Part shown: piece by piece, positions 1-18,129 of the stretch
Layout: each line of letters opens with the position of its first letter
Position numbering within the stretch: the stretch's first letter is position 1
Origin: Eledone cirrhosa
Lineage: Eukaryota
Direction of reading: 5' to 3'
DNA length: 64,000 bases
NCBI GenBank assembly: GCA_964016885.1
Contig: OZ024742.1
Span: forward strand, 101,060,001 to 101,124,000
Program-made: the position numbers and the translations under genes
The notes under the pieces: generated by a model
What the model was told of the DNA's origin: nothing
Database searches by the model: none
The model's input: the letters and a program-made list of their open reading frames with translations, nothing else

Positions 1-3000
1 TCATATACACCACCACACCACAACTACTACTGTGTCATATACACAACCACACCACAACTACTACTGTGTCATATACACCACACCACAACTACTGCTGTGT
101 CATATACACCACACCACAACTACTACTATGTCATTTACACCACCACACCACAACTACTACTGTGTCATATACACCACACCACAACTACTGCTGTGTCATA
201 TACACCACACCACAACTACTACTATGCCATATACACCACCACACTACAACTACTACTGTGTCATATACACCACCACACCACAAGTTCTACTATGTCGTAT
301 ACACCACCACACCACAACTACTACTATGTCATATACACCACCACACCACAACCACTACTGTGTCATATACACCACCACACCACAACTACTACTGTGTCAT
401 ATACACCACCACAACTACTACTATGTCATACACACCACACCACAACTACTACTGTGTCATATACACCACCACACCACAACTACTACTGTGTCATATACAC
501 CACCACACCACAACTACTACTGTGTCATATACACCACCACACCACAACTACTACTGTGTCATACACACCACCACACCACAACTACTACTGTGTCATATAC
601 ACCACCACACCACAACTACTACTGTGTCATATACACCACCACACCACAACTACTACTGTGTCATATACACCACCACACCACAACTACTACTGTGTCATAT
701 ACACCACACCACAACTACTGCTGTGTCATATACACCACACCACAACTACTACTATGTCATTTACACCACCACACCACAACTACTACTGTGTCATATACAC
801 CACACCACAACTACTGCTGTGTCATATACACCACACCACAACTACTACTATGTCATATACACCACCACACTACAACTACTACTATGTCATATACACCACA
901 CCACAACTACTACTATGTCATATACACCACCACACTACAACTACTACTGTGACAAATACACCACCACACCACAACTACTACTATGTCATATACACTACAC
1001 CACAATTACTACTGTGTCATATACACTACACCACAACTACTACTGTGTCATATACACCACACCACAACTACTACTGTGTCATATACACACCACACCACAA
1101 CTACTACTGTGTCATATACACCACCACACCACAAGTTCTACTATGTCGTATACACCACCACACCACAACTACTACTATGTCATATACACCACCACACCAC
1201 AACCACTACTGTGTCATATACACCACCACACCACAACTACTACTGTGTCATATACACCACCACAACTACTACTATGTCATACACACCACACCACAACTAC
1301 TACTGTGTCATATACACCACCACACCACAACTACTACTGTGTCATATACACCACCACACCACAACTACTACTGTGTCATATACACCACCACACCACAACT
1401 ACTACTGTGTCATACACACCACCACACCACAACTACTACTGTGTCATATACACCACCACACCACAACTACTACTGTGTCATATACACCACCACACCACAA
1501 CTACTACTGTGTCATATACACCACCACACCACAACTACTACTGTGTCATATACACCACACCACAACTACTACTGTGTCATATACACCACACCACAACTAC
1601 TACTGTGTCATATACACCACCACACCACAACTACTGCTGTGTCATATACACCACACCACAACTACTACTATGTCATATACACCACACCACAACTACTACT
1701 GTGTCATATACACCACACCACAACTACTACTATGTCATATACACCACACCACAACTACTACTGTGTCATATACACCACACCACAACTACTACTGTGTCAT
1801 ATACACCACACCACAACTACTACTGTGTCATATACACCACACCACAACTACTACTGTGTCATATACACCACCACACCACAACTACTACTGTGTCATATAC
1901 ACCACCACACCACAACTACTACTGTGTCATATACACCACACCACAACTACTACTGTGTCATATACACCACACCACAACTACTACTGTGTCATATACACCA
2001 CACCACAACTACTACTATGTCATATACACAACACCACAACTACTACTGTGTCATATACACCACACCACAACTACTACTGTGTCATATACACCACACCACA
2101 ACTACTACTGTGTCATATACACCACACCACAACTACTACTGTGTCATATACACCACACCACAACTACTACTATGTCATATACACCACACCACAACTACTA
2201 CTGTGTCATATAGACCACACCACAACTACTACTGTGTCATATACACCACACCACAACTACTACTGTGTCATATTCACCACACCACAACTACTACTATGTC
2301 ATATACACCACACCACAACTACAACTGTGTCATATACACCACACCACAACTACTACTGTGTCATATACACCACACCACAACTACTACTATGTCATACACA
2401 CCACCACACCACAACTACTACTGTGTCATATACACCATACTACAACTACTACTGTGTCATATACACCACACCACAACTACTACTATGTCATATACACCAC
2501 CACACCACAACTACTACTGTGTCATATACACCACACTACAACTACTACTGTGTCATATGCACCACCACAACTACTACTATGTCATATACACCACACTACA
2601 ACTACTACTGTGACAAATACACCACCACACCACAACTACTACTATGTCATATACACTACACCACAATTACTACTGTGTCATATACACTACACCACAACTA
2701 CTACTGTGTCATATACACCACACCACAACTACTACTATGTCATATACACCACCACACCACAACTACTACTGTGTCATATATACCACCACACCACAACTAC
2801 TACTGTGTCATATACACCACCACAACTACTACTGTCTCATATACACCACCACACCACAACTACTACTATGTCATATACACCACCACAACTACTACTGTGT
2901 CATATACACCACAACACAACTACTACTGTGTCATATACACCACACCACAACTACTACTATGTCATATACACCACACCACAACTACTACTATGTCATATAC

Positions 3001-6000
3001 ACCACCACACCACAACTACTACTATGTCATATACACCACCACACCACAACTACTACTGTGTCATATACACCACACTACAACTACTACTGTGTCATATGCA
3101 CCACCACACCACAACTACTACTATGTCATATACACTACACCACAATTACTACTGTGTCATATACACTACACCACAATTACTACTGTGTCATATACACCAC
3201 CACAACTACTACTGTGTCATATACACCACACCACAACTACTACTAAGTCATATACACCACACCACAACTACTACTGTGTCATATGCACCACCACAACTAC
3301 TACTATGTCATATACACCACACTACAACTACTACTGTGACAAATACACCACCACACCACAACTACTACTATGTCATATACACTACACCACAACTACTACT
3401 GTGTCATATACACCACCACAACTACTACTGTGTCATATACACCACACCACAACTACTACTGTGTCATATACACCACCACACCACAACTACTACTGTGTCA
3501 TATACACCACCACAACTACTACTGTTTCATATACACCACCACACCACAACTACTACTGTGTCATATACACCACCACACCACAACTACTACTATGTTATAT
3601 ACACCACCACACCACAACCACTACTGTGTCATATACACCACCACACCACAACTACTACTGTGTCATATACACCACCACACTACAAGTACTACTCTTTCAT
3701 ATACACACCACACCACAACTACTACTGTGTCATATACACCACCACACCACAACTACTACTGTGTCATATACACCACCACAACAACTACTACTGTGTCATA
3801 TACACCACCACACCACAACTACAACTGTGTCATATACACCACCACACCACACCACAACTACTACTGTGTCATATACACCACACAACAACTACTACTATGT
3901 CATATACACCACACCACAACTACTACTGTGTCATATACACCACCACACCACAACTACTACTGTGTCATATACACCACCACAACAACTACTACTGTGTCAT
4001 ATACACCACCACACCACAACTACAACTGTGTCATATACACCACCACACCACACCACAACTACTACTGTGTCATATACACCACACAACAACTACTACTATG
4101 TCATATACACCACCACAACTACTACTGTGTCATATACACCACCACAACTACTACTATGTCATATACACCACACCTCAACTACTACTGTGTCATATACACC
4201 ACACAACAACTACTACTATGTCATATACACCACACCTCAACTACTACTGTGTCATATACACCACACAACAACTACTACTGTGTCATATACACCACACAAC
4301 AACTACTACTATGTCATATACACCACCACACCACAACTACTACTGTGTCATATACACCACTACAACTACTACTGTGTCATATACACCACACCACAACTAC
4401 TACTATGTCATATACACCACACCACAACTACTACTATGTCATATACACCACCACACCACAACTACTACTATGTCATATACACCACCACACCACAACCACT
4501 ACTGTGTCATATACACCACCACACCACACCACAACTACTACTCTGTCATATACACACCACACCACAACTACTACTGTGTCATATACACCACCACACCACA
4601 ACTACTACTTTGTCATATACATCACCACAACTACTACTATGTCATATACACCACACCACAACTACTACTGTGTCATATACACCACCACACCACAACTACT
4701 ACTGTGTCATATACACCACACCACAACTACTACTGTGTCATATACACCACCACACTACAACTACTACTGTGTCATATACACCACACCACAACTACTACTG
4801 TGTCATATACACCACACCACAACTACTACTGTGTCATATACACCACACCACAACTACTACTGTGTCATATACACCACACCACAACCACTACTGTGTCATA
4901 TACACCACCCCACAACTACTACTGTGTCATATACACCACCACACCACAACTACTACTGTGTCATATACCCCACACCACAACTACTACTGTGTCATATACA
5001 CCACACCACAACTACTACTGTGTCATATACACCACACCACAACTGCTACTGTGTCATACACATCACACCACAACTACTACTGTGTCATATACACCACACC
5101 ACAACTACTACTGTGTCATATACACCACCACACCACAACTACTACTGTGTCATATACACCACCATACTACAACTACTACTGTGTCATATACACCACCACA
5201 CCACAACTACTACTGTGTCATATTCACCACCACAACTACTACTATGTCATACACACCACCACACCACAACTACTACTGTGTCATACACACCACCACCCCA
5301 CAACTGCTACTATGTCATACACACCACCACACCACAACTACTACTATGTCATATACACCACACCACAACTACTACTGTGTCATACACACCACCACACCAC
5401 AACTACTACTATGTCATATACACCACCACACTACAACTACTACTGTGACACATACACCACCACACTTCAACTACTACTGTGTCATACACACCACCACACC
5501 ACAACCACTACTGTGTCATATACACCACACCACAACTACTACTGTGTCATATACACCACACCACAACTACTACTATGTCATATACACCACCACACTACAA
5601 CTACTACTATGTCATATACACCACACCACAACTACTACTATGTCATATACACCACCACACTACAACTACTACTGTGACACATACACCACCACACTTCAAC
5701 TACTACTGTGTCATACACACCACCACACCACAACCACTACTGTGTCATATACACCACACCACAACTACTGCTGTGTCATATACACCACACCACAACTACT
5801 ACTATGTCATTTACACCACCACACCACAACTACTACTGTGTCATATACACCACACCACAACTACTGCTGTGTCATATACACCACACCACAACTACTACTA
5901 TGTCATATACACCACCACACTACAACTACTACTATGTCATATACACCACACCACAACTACTACTATGTCATATACACCACCACACTACAACTACTACTGT

Positions 6001-9000
6001 GACAAATACACCACCACACCACAACTACTACTATGTCATATACACTACACCACAATTACTACTGTGTCATATACACTACACCACAACTACTACTGTGTCA
6101 TATACACCACACCACAACTACTACTGTGTCATATACACACCACACCACAACTACTACTGTGTCATATACACCACCACACCACAAGTTCTACTATGTCGTA
6201 TACACCACCACACCACAACTACTACTATGTCATATACACCACCACACCACAACCACTACTGTGTCATATACACCACCACACCACAACTACTACTGTGTCA
6301 TATACACCACCACAACTACTACTATGTCATACACACCACACCACAACTACTACTGTGTCATATACACCACCACACCACAACTACTACTGTGTCATATACA
6401 CCACCACACCACAACTACTACTGTGTCATATACACCACCACACCACAACTACTACTGTGTCATACACACCACCACACCACAACTACTACTGTGTCATATA
6501 CACCACCACACCACAACTACTACTGTGTCATATACACCACCACACCACAACTACTACTGTGTCATATACACCACCACACCACAACTACTACTGTGTCATA
6601 TACACCACACCACAACTACTGCTGTGTCATATACACCACACCACAACTACTACTATGTCATTTACACCACCACACCACAACTACTACTGTGTCATATACA
6701 CCACACCACAACTACTGCTGTGTCATATACACCACACCACAACTACTACTATGTCATATACACCACCACACTACAACTACTACTATGTCATATACACCAC
6801 ACCACAACTACTACTATGTCATATACACCACCACACTACAACTACTACTGTGACAAATACACCACCACACCACAACTACTACTATGTCATATACACTACA
6901 CCACAATTACTACTGTGTCATATACACTACACCACAACTACTACTGTGTCATATACACCACACCACAACTACTACTGTGTCATATACACACCACACCACA
7001 ACTACTACTGTGTCATATACACCACCACACCACAAGTTCTACTATGTCGTATACACCACCACACCACAACTACTACTATGTCATATACACCACCACACCA
7101 CAACCACTACTGTGTCATATACACCACCACACCACAACTACTACTGTGTCATATACACCACCACAACTACTACTATGTCATACACACCACACCACAACTA
7201 CTACTGTGTCATATACACCACCACACCACAACTACTACTGTGTCATATACACCACCACACCACAACTACTACTGTGTCATATACACCACCACACCACAAC
7301 TACTACTGTGTCATACACACCACCACACCACAACTACTACTGTGTCATATACACCACCACACCACAACTACTACTGTGTCATATACACCACCACACCACA
7401 ACTACTACTGTGTCATATACACCACCACACCACAACTACTACTGTGTCATATACACCACACCACAACTACTACTGTGTCATATACACCACACCACAACTA
7501 CTACTGTGTCATATACACCACCACACCACAACTACTGCTGTGTCATATACACCACACCACAACTACTACTATGTCATATACACCACACCACAACTACTAC
7601 TGTGTCATATACACCACACCACAACTACTACTATGTCATATACACCACACCACAACTACTACTGTGTCATATACACCACACCACAACTACTACTGTGTCA
7701 TATACACCACACCACAACTACTACTGTGTCATATACACCACACCACAACTACTACTGTGTCATATACACCACCACACCACAACTACTACTGTGTCATATA
7801 CACCACCACACCACAACTACTACTGTGTCATATACACCACACCACAACTACTACTGTGTCATATACACCACACCACAACTACTACTGTGTCATATACACC
7901 ACACCACAACTACTACTATGTCATATACACAACACCACAACTACTACTGTGTCATATACACCACACCACAACTACTACTGTGTCATATACACCACACCAC
8001 AACTACTACTGTGTCATATACACCACACCACAACTACTACTGTGTCATATACACCACACCACAACTACTACTATGTCATATACACCACACCACAACTACT
8101 ACTGTGTCATATAGACCACACCACAACTACTACTGTGTCATATACACCACACCACAACTACTACTGTGTCATATTCACCACACCACAACTACTACTATGT
8201 CATATACACCACACCACAACTACAACTGTGTCATATACACCACACCACAACTACTACTGTGTCATATACACCACACCACAACTACTACTATGTCATACAC
8301 ACCACCACACCACAACTACTACTGTGTCATATACACCATACTACAACTACTACTGTGTCATATACACCACACCACAACTACTACTATGTCATATACACCA
8401 CCACACCACAACTACTACTGTGTCATATACACCACACTACAACTACTACTGTGTCATATGCACCACCACAACTACTACTATGTCATATACACCACACTAC
8501 AACTACTACTGTGACAAATACACCACCACACCACAACTACTACTATGTCATATACACTACACCACAATTACTACTGTGTCATATACACTACACCACAACT
8601 ACTACTGTGTCATATACACCACACCACAACTACTACTATGTCATATACACCACCACACCACAACTACTACTGTGTCATATACACCACCACACCACAACTA
8701 CTACTGTGTCATATACACCACCACAACTACTACTGTCTCATATACACCACCACACCACAACTACTACTATGTCATATACACCACCACAACTACTACTGTG
8801 TCATATACACCACAACACAACTACTACTGTGTCATATACACCACACCACAACTACTACTATGTCATATACACCACACCACAACTACTACTATGTCATATA
8901 CACCACCACACCACAACTACTACTATGTCATATACACCACCACACCACAACTACTACTGTGTCATATACACCACACTACAACTACTACTGTGTCATATGC

Positions 9001-12000
9001 ACCACCACACCACAACTACTACTATGTCATATACACTACACCACAATTACTACTGTGTCATATACACTACACCACAATTACTACTGTGTCATATACACCA
9101 CCACAACTACTACTGTGTCATATACACCACACCACAACTACTACTAAGTAATATACACCACACCACAACTACTACTGTGTCATATGCACCACCACAACTA
9201 CTACTATGTCATATACACCACACTACAACTACTACTGTGACAAATACACCACCACACCACAACTACTACTATGTCATATACACTACACCACAACTACTAC
9301 TGTGTCATATACACCACCACAACTACTACTGTGTCATATACACCACACCACAACTACTACTGTGTCATATACACCACCACACCACAACTACTACTGTGTC
9401 ATATATACCACCACAACTACTACTGTTTCATATACACCACCACACCACAACTACTACTGTGTCATATACACCACCACACCACAACTACTACTATGTTATA
9501 TACACCACCACACCACAACCACTACTGTGTCATATACACCACCACACCACAACTACTACTGTGTCATATACACCACCACACTACAAGTACTACTCTTTCA
9601 TATACACACCACACCACAACTACTACTGTGTCATATACACCACCACACCACAACTACTACTGTGTCATATACACCACCACAACAACTACTACTGTGTCAT
9701 ATACACCACCACACCACAACTACAACTGTGTCATATACACCACCACACCACACCACAACTACTACTGTGTCATATACACCACACAACAACTACTACTATG
9801 TCATATACACCACACCACAACTACTACTGTGTCATATACACCACCACACCACAACTACTACTGTGTCATATACACCACCACAACAACTACTACTGTGTCA
9901 TATACACCACCACACCACAACTACAACTGTGTCATATACACCACCACACCACACCACAACTACTACTGTGTCATATACACCACACAACAACTACTACTAT
10001 GTCATATACACCACCACAACTACTACTGTGTCATATACACCACCACAACTACTACTATGTCATATACACCACACCTCAACTACTACTGTGTCATATACAC
10101 CACACAACAACTACTACTATGTCATATACACCACACCTCAACTACTACTGTGTCATATACACCACACAACAACTACTACTGTGTCATATACACCACACAA
10201 CAACTACTACTATGTCATATACACCACACCACAACTACTACTGTGTCATATACACCACCACAACTACTACTGTGTCATATACACCACCACAACTACTACT
10301 ATGTCATATACACCACCACAACTACTACTGTGTCATATACACCACCACAACTACTACTGTGTCATATACACCACACAACAACTACTACTATGTCATATAC
10401 ACCACACCACAACTACTACTGTGTCATATACACCACCACAACTACTACTATGTCATATACACCACACCTCAACTACTACTGTGTCATATACACCACACAA
10501 CAACTACTACTGTGTCATATACACCACCACACCACAACTACAACTGTGTCATATACACCACACAACAACTACTACTGTGTCATATACACCACCACACCAC
10601 AACTACAACTGTGTCATATACACCACACCACAACTACTACTGTGTCATATACACCACCACAACTACTACTGTGTCATATACACCACACCACAACTACTAC
10701 TGTGTCATATACACCACACCACAACTACTACTGTGTCATATACACCACCACACCACAACTACTACTGTGTCATATACACCACACAACAACTACTACTGTG
10801 TCATATACACCACCACACCACAACTACTACTGTGTCATATACACCACCACACCACAACTACAACTGTGTCATATACACCACACCACAACTACTACTGTGT
10901 CATATACACCACCACAACTACTACTGTGTCATATACACCACACCACAACTACTACTGTGTCATATACACCACACCACAACTACTACTGTGTCATATACAC
11001 CACCACACCACAACTACTACTGTGTCATATACACCACCACAGCACAACTACTACTGTGTCATATACACCACACCACAACTACTACTGTGTCATACACACC
11101 ACCACACCACAACTACTACTGTGTCATATACACCACCACAACTACTACTATGTCATATACACCACACCACAACTACTACTGTGTCATATACACCACCACA
11201 ACTACTACTATGTCATATACACCACCCCACAACTACTACTGTGTCATATACACCACACCACAACTACTACTGTGTCATATACACCACACCACAACTACTA
11301 CTGTGTCATATACACCACACCACAACTACTACTATGTCATATACACCACCCCACAACTACTACTGTGTCATATACACCACCACAACTACTACTATGTCAT
11401 ATACACCACCCCACAACTACTACTGTGTCATATACACCACACCACAACTACTACTATGTCATATACACCACCACACCACAACTACTACTGTGTCATATAC
11501 ACCACCACACCACAACTACTACTGTGTCATATACACCACCACACCACAATGACTACTGTGTCATATACACCACACCACAACTACTACTATGTCATATACA
11601 CCACCACACCACAACTACTACTGTGTCATATACACCACCACACCACAATGACTACTGTGTCATATACACCACACCACAACTACTACTATGTCATATACAC
11701 CACCACACCACGACTACTACTGTGTCATATACACCACCACACCACAATGACTACTGTGTCATATACACCACACCACAACTACTACTATGTCATATACACC
11801 ACCACACCACAACTACTACTGTGTCATATACACCACCACACCACAATGACTACTGTGTCATATACACCACACCACAACTACTACTATGTCATATACACCA
11901 CCACACCACAACTACTACTGTGTCATATACACCACCACACCACAATGACTACTGTGTCATATACACCACACCACAACTACTACTATGTCATATACACCAC

Positions 12001-15000
12001 CACACCACAACTACTGCTGTGTCATATACCCCACACCACAACTACTACTGTGCCATATACACCACACCACAACTACTACTGTGTCATATACACCACCACA
12101 CTACAACTACTACTGTGTCATATACACCACCACACCACAACTACTACTCTGTCATATACACCACACCACAACTACTACTGTGTCATATACACCACAACAC
12201 AACTACTACTATGTCATATACACCTCACCACAACTACTACTGTGTCATATACACCACACCACAACTACTACTGTGTCATATACACCACCACACCACAACT
12301 ACTACTGTGTCATATACACCACACCACAACTACTACTATGTCATATACACCACCACACCACAACCACTACTGTGTCATATACACCACACCACAACTACTA
12401 CTGTGTCATATACACCACACCACAACTACTACTATGTCATATACACCACCACACCACAACCACTACTGTGTCATATACACCACACCACAACTACTACTAT
12501 GTCATATACACCACCACACCACAACTACTACTGTGTCATATACACCACACCACAACTACTACTATGTCATATACACCACACCACAACTACTACTGTGTCA
12601 TATACACCACCACACCACAACTACTACTATGTCATATACACCACCACACCACAACTACTACTGTGTCATATACACCACACCACAACTACTACTATGTCAT
12701 ATACACCACCACACCACAACTACTACTGTGTCATATACACCACCACACCACAACTACTACTATGTCATATACACCACCACACCACAACTACTACTGTGTC
12801 ATATACACCACTACAACTACTACTGTGTCATATACACCACACCACAACTACTACTGTGTCATATACACCACACCACAACTACTACTATGTCATATACACC
12901 ACCACACCACAACTACTACTGTGTCATATACACCACCACACCACAACTACTACTGTGTCATATACACCACCACACCACAACTACTACTATGTCATATACA
13001 CCACCACACCACAACTACTACTGTGTCATATACACCACCACACCACAACTACTACTATGTCATATACACCACCACACCACAACTACTACTGTGTCATATA
13101 CACCACTACAACTACTACTGTGTCATATACACCACACCACAACTACTACTGTGTCATATACACCACACCACAACTACTACTATGTCATATACACCACCAC
13201 AACTACTGCTGTGTCATATACACCACCACACCACAACTACTACTGTGTCATATACACCACCACACCACAACTACTACTGTGTCATATACACCACACCACA
13301 ACTACTACTGTGTCATATACACCACCACACCACAACTACTACTGTGTCATATACACCACCACAACTACTACTGTGTCATATACACCACCACACCACAACT
13401 ACTACTGTGTCATATACACCACCACACCACAACTACTACTGTGTCATATACACCACCACACCACAACTACTACTGTGTCATATACACCACACCACAACTA
13501 CTACTGTGTCATATACACCACACCACAACTACTACTATGTCATATACACCACCACACCACAACTACTACTGTGTCATATACACCACCACACCACAACTAC
13601 TACTGTGTCATATACACCACCACAACTACTACTGTGTCATATACACCACCACACCACAACTACTACTATGTCATATACACCACCACAACTACTACTGTGT
13701 CATATACACCACCACACCACAACTACTACTGTGTCATATACACCACCACACCACAACTACTACTGTGTCATATACACCACCACACCACAACTACTACTAT
13801 GTCATATACACCACCACACCACAACTACTACTGTGTCATATACACCACTACAACTACTACTGTGTCATATACACCACACCACAACTACTACTGTGTCATA
13901 TACACCACACCACAACTACTACTATGTCATATACACCACCACAACTACTACTGTGTCATATACACCACCACACCACAACTACTACTGTGTCATATACACC
14001 ACACCACAACTACTACTGTGTCATATACACCACACCACAACTACTACTGTGTCATATACACCACACCACAACTACTACTGTGTCATACACACCACCACAA
14101 CTACTACTGTGTCATATACACCACCACACCACAACTACTACTATGTCATATACACCAACCCACAACTACTACTGTGTCATATACACACCACCACAACTAC
14201 TACTATGTCATATACACCATACTACAACTACTACTGTGTCATATACACCACCACACCACAACTACTACTATGTCATATACACCACACCACAACTACTACT
14301 GTGTCATATACACACCACCACAACTACTACTATGTCATATACACCACACCACAACTACTACTGTGTCATATACACACCACCACAACTACTACTATGTCAT
14401 ATACACCATACTACAACTACTACTGTGTCATATACACCACCACACCACAACTACTACTATGTCATATACACCAAACCACAACTACTACTATGTCATATAC
14501 CCCACCACACTACAACTACTACTGTGACACATATACCACCACACAACAACTACTACTAAGTCATATACACTACACCACAACTACTACTGTGTCATATACA
14601 CCACACCACAACTACTACTGTGTCATATACACCACACCACAACTACTACTGTGTCATATACACCACACCACAACTACTACTGTGTCATATACACCACACC
14701 ACAACTACTACTGTGTCATATACACCACCATAACTACTACTGTGTCATATACAGCACACCTCAACTACTACTGTGTCATACACACCACCACACCACAACT
14801 ACTACTATGTCATATACACCACACCACAACTACTACTGTGTCATATACACCACCACACCACAACTACTACTATGTCATATACACCACCCCACAACTAAGA
14901 CTGTGTCATATACACCACCACACCACAACTACTACTATGTCATATACACCACACCACAACTACTACTGTGTCATATACACCACCACACCACAACTACTAC

Positions 15001-16533
15001 TGTGTCATATACACCACACCACAACTACTACTGTGTCATATACACCACCACACCACAACTACTACTATGTCATATACACCACACCACAACTACTACTGTG
15101 TCATATACACCACCACACCACAACTACTACTGTGTCATATACAGCACACCACAACTACTACTGTGTCATATACACCACCACACCACAACTACTACTGTGT
15201 CATATACAGCACACCACAACTGCTACTGTGTCATACACATCACACCACAACTACTACTGTGTCATACACACCACCACACCACAACTACTACTATGCCATA
15301 TACACCACACCACAACCACTACTGGGTCATATACACCACCACACCACAACTACTACTATGTCATATACACCACCACAACTATTACTATGTCATATACATC
15401 ACCACACCACAACTAATTCTGTGTCATATACACCACACCACAACTACTACTGTGTCATATACACCACCACACCACAATTTCTACTATGTCATATACACCA
15501 CACCACACCACAACTACTACTCTGTCATATACACCACCACACCACAACTACTACTGTGTCATATACACCACCACACCACAATTTCTACTATGTCATATAC
15601 ACCACCATACCACAACTACTACTCTGTCATATACACCACCACACCACAATTTCTACTATGTCATATACACCACACCACACCACAACTGCTACTATGTCAT
15701 ATACACCACCACACCACAACTACTACTCTGTCATATACACCACCACACCACAACTACTACTGTGTCATATACACCACCACACCACAATTTCTACTATGTC
15801 ATATACACCACCACACCACAACTGCTACTATGTCATATACACCACCACACCACAACTACTACTATGTCATATACACCACCACACCACAACTACTACTCTG
15901 TCATATACACCACCACACCACAACTACTACTGTGTCATATACACCACCACACCACAATTTCTACTATGTCATATACACCACACCACACCACAACTACTAC
16001 TCTGTCATATACACCCCCACACCACAACTACTGCTGTGTCATATACACCACCACACCACAACTACTACTCTGTCATATACACCACCACACCACAACTACT
16101 ACTGTGTCATATACACCACCACACCACAATTTCTACTATGTCATATACACCACACCACACCACAACTACTACTCTGTCATATACACCACCACACCACAAC
16201 TACTGCTGTGTCATATACACACCACACCACAACTGCTACTATGTCATATACACCACCACACCACAACTACTACTCTGTCATATACACCACCACACCACAA
16301 CTACTACTGTGTCATATACACACCACACCACAACTGCTACTATGTCATACACACCACCACACCACAACTACTACTGTGTCATATACACCACCATACCACA
16401 ACTACTACTGTGTCATATACACCACACCACAACTACTACTATGTCATACACACCACACCACAACTGCTACTATGTTATATACACCACACCACAACTACTA
16501 CTATGTCATATACACCACCACACCACAACTACT
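1..16533. repeat. C/A-rich minisatellite array, unit ~TGTCATATACAC(CAC)CACACCACAACTACTACT(G/A), 29/31/34-bp variants; runs off the window start
   Basis: Unit read directly hundreds of times. Rare variants (gacaaata, caagttct, tagacc, caatgact) recur at fixed 851-, 5901- and 99-bp offsets. Confidence 0.98.
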
Positions 16534-18004
16534 GTCTCAAGCAAATGACAAAAAAGGAAGTGCTTGAATTTGAACAGTGCATAGCAACAAATCCTGACAG
16601 TAAGGTGTTCTGGAAATATATTCATTCAAAGCAGAGACCTCACCCTCCAGTTGGTCCCCTTCGCAATCTTCACACAAGCCAGATCATTGACGATCCCAAC
16701 GAATACGCAGAACTCATTGCTGAGTGCTATACAAGCATTTTTACTGTTGAAAACCAGAATGTACCATCTCCACTACCTCTAACATCAAATTCCATAACAA
16801 CTATGGAATTTACACCTGCAATGTTGCGGCGTCACCTTAAAAATAAGCGCAGCTATGCTTCCCCTGATCTTGATACTGTCTCAACAATGGTGCTACTCCG
16901 GAGCAGTGGAAAACTGCCAGTGTCATTCCCCTGTTCAAAAAGGGCGACCGCATGTCACCTGTCAACTATCGTCCAGTCAGTCTTACTAGCTGTAATGCCA
17001 ACCTGATGGAATCCTGTGTCTGAGAAACTCTTTGGAACTTCTGGAACTCTCACAGCTTCATCCGGTCCTTGCAGTTTGGATTTATCCCTAACTCCAGCTG
17101 CTGTTATCAGCTTATATAGTTCCTTGAAGACATTACCCGGATCACTGACAGTGGGTCATGGGTGGATGTTGTTTACCTTGACTTTGCGAAAGTTTTCATT
17201 TCTGTGCCACACAAAAGGCTTATGGCAAAACTCTCTGCAATGAGTGTGAGGGATGATATTTTTAACTGGTTGAAATCCTTCATTCTCAGCCGAAAAGAGG
17301 TAGTCACGGTTCTAGGACAGGATTCTTCACCATATGAGATGTCATTTGGTGTACCACAGGGATCTGTTCTTGGTCCCCTTTTGTTTGTGGCATATATTAA
17401 TGACATAAATGCCAACTTAAAGAATGCCACGGTACTGAAATATGCAGATGACATCAAGCTGTACCTTGAAATCAAAAGGACTGATCCTGAAATCTACAAC
17501 TCTTTCCTACAATCAGACCTGGTCACAATGCAGCAATGGATCACAGACTGGCAACTGAAGCTGGCTGTGGACAAGTGTACCACCATGCATTTTGGGAGGA
17601 AAAATCCAGCGTCCACATACTCCCTCCACAACACTGATATCAAGAAGTCCTCTTGTGAACGTGACTTGGGCATTACTGTCAGCAGCGATCTGTGTTGGAC
17701 AAAGCGTGTCTCTAAGATTGTCAAGAAGGACGAGGGTGTCTTGGCATCACTCAGCAGGGACCTTTGTTAGCCGCTCTCCAGCCATCTATTTAAAGCTGTA
17801 TACAGCTATGGTACGACCACACTTGGAATTCGCATCATCAGTCTGGAATCCCTATCTTGCTCAGAACATTGACCTCCTGGAAACTGTTCAGAGATGTGCA
17901 ACCAAGCGCATACCTTCCATCAGACACCTACCATACTCTGAACGCTATGCTTCCCTGGGCATGGATTCATTGAAGCTCCGACGTCTGGCAATGGACTTGG
18001 TAAA
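16534..18004 (+). mobile_element. CR1/L2-type non-LTR retrotransposon ORF2 (reverse transcriptase) fragment, frameshifted, truncated at both ends
   Basis: Translated motifs NPDSKVFWKY, WKTASVIPLFKKGD..NYRPVSLTS, DVVYLDFAKVF, GVPQGSVLGPLLF, KYADDIKLY, LYTAMVRPHLEFASSVWNPY across three frames. Confidence 0.92.
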
Positions 18005-18009
18005 TATCC

Positions 18010-18105
18010 AGTCAGTGCTGGGTGCTTTTTTTCCGTGGCGCCTACACGCCCACTTTACAGTGTGGGCTGGGTGCACCTCCACGACCACTTTGCAGTGGAA
18101 TGATA
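18010..18105 (-). mobile_element. Internal fragment of the RTE/SINE shared 3' tail
   Basis: Near-identical to 23304-23345 and 23600-23660 (gtgctgggtgctttttt..tttacagtgtgggctgggtgc..acgaccactttgcagtggaatgata). Confidence 0.8.
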
Positions 18106-18129
18106 TGTATACCACCATCGTGACATGTA

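Noticed and set aside
32-17006. Very long His/Thr/Tyr/Cys-rich ORFs (up to 1773 aa) in all three + frames
   Set aside because: The unit lacks stop triplets and its length is not a multiple of 3, so every frame gives the same cycling peptide. There is no frame preference, so these are not coding.
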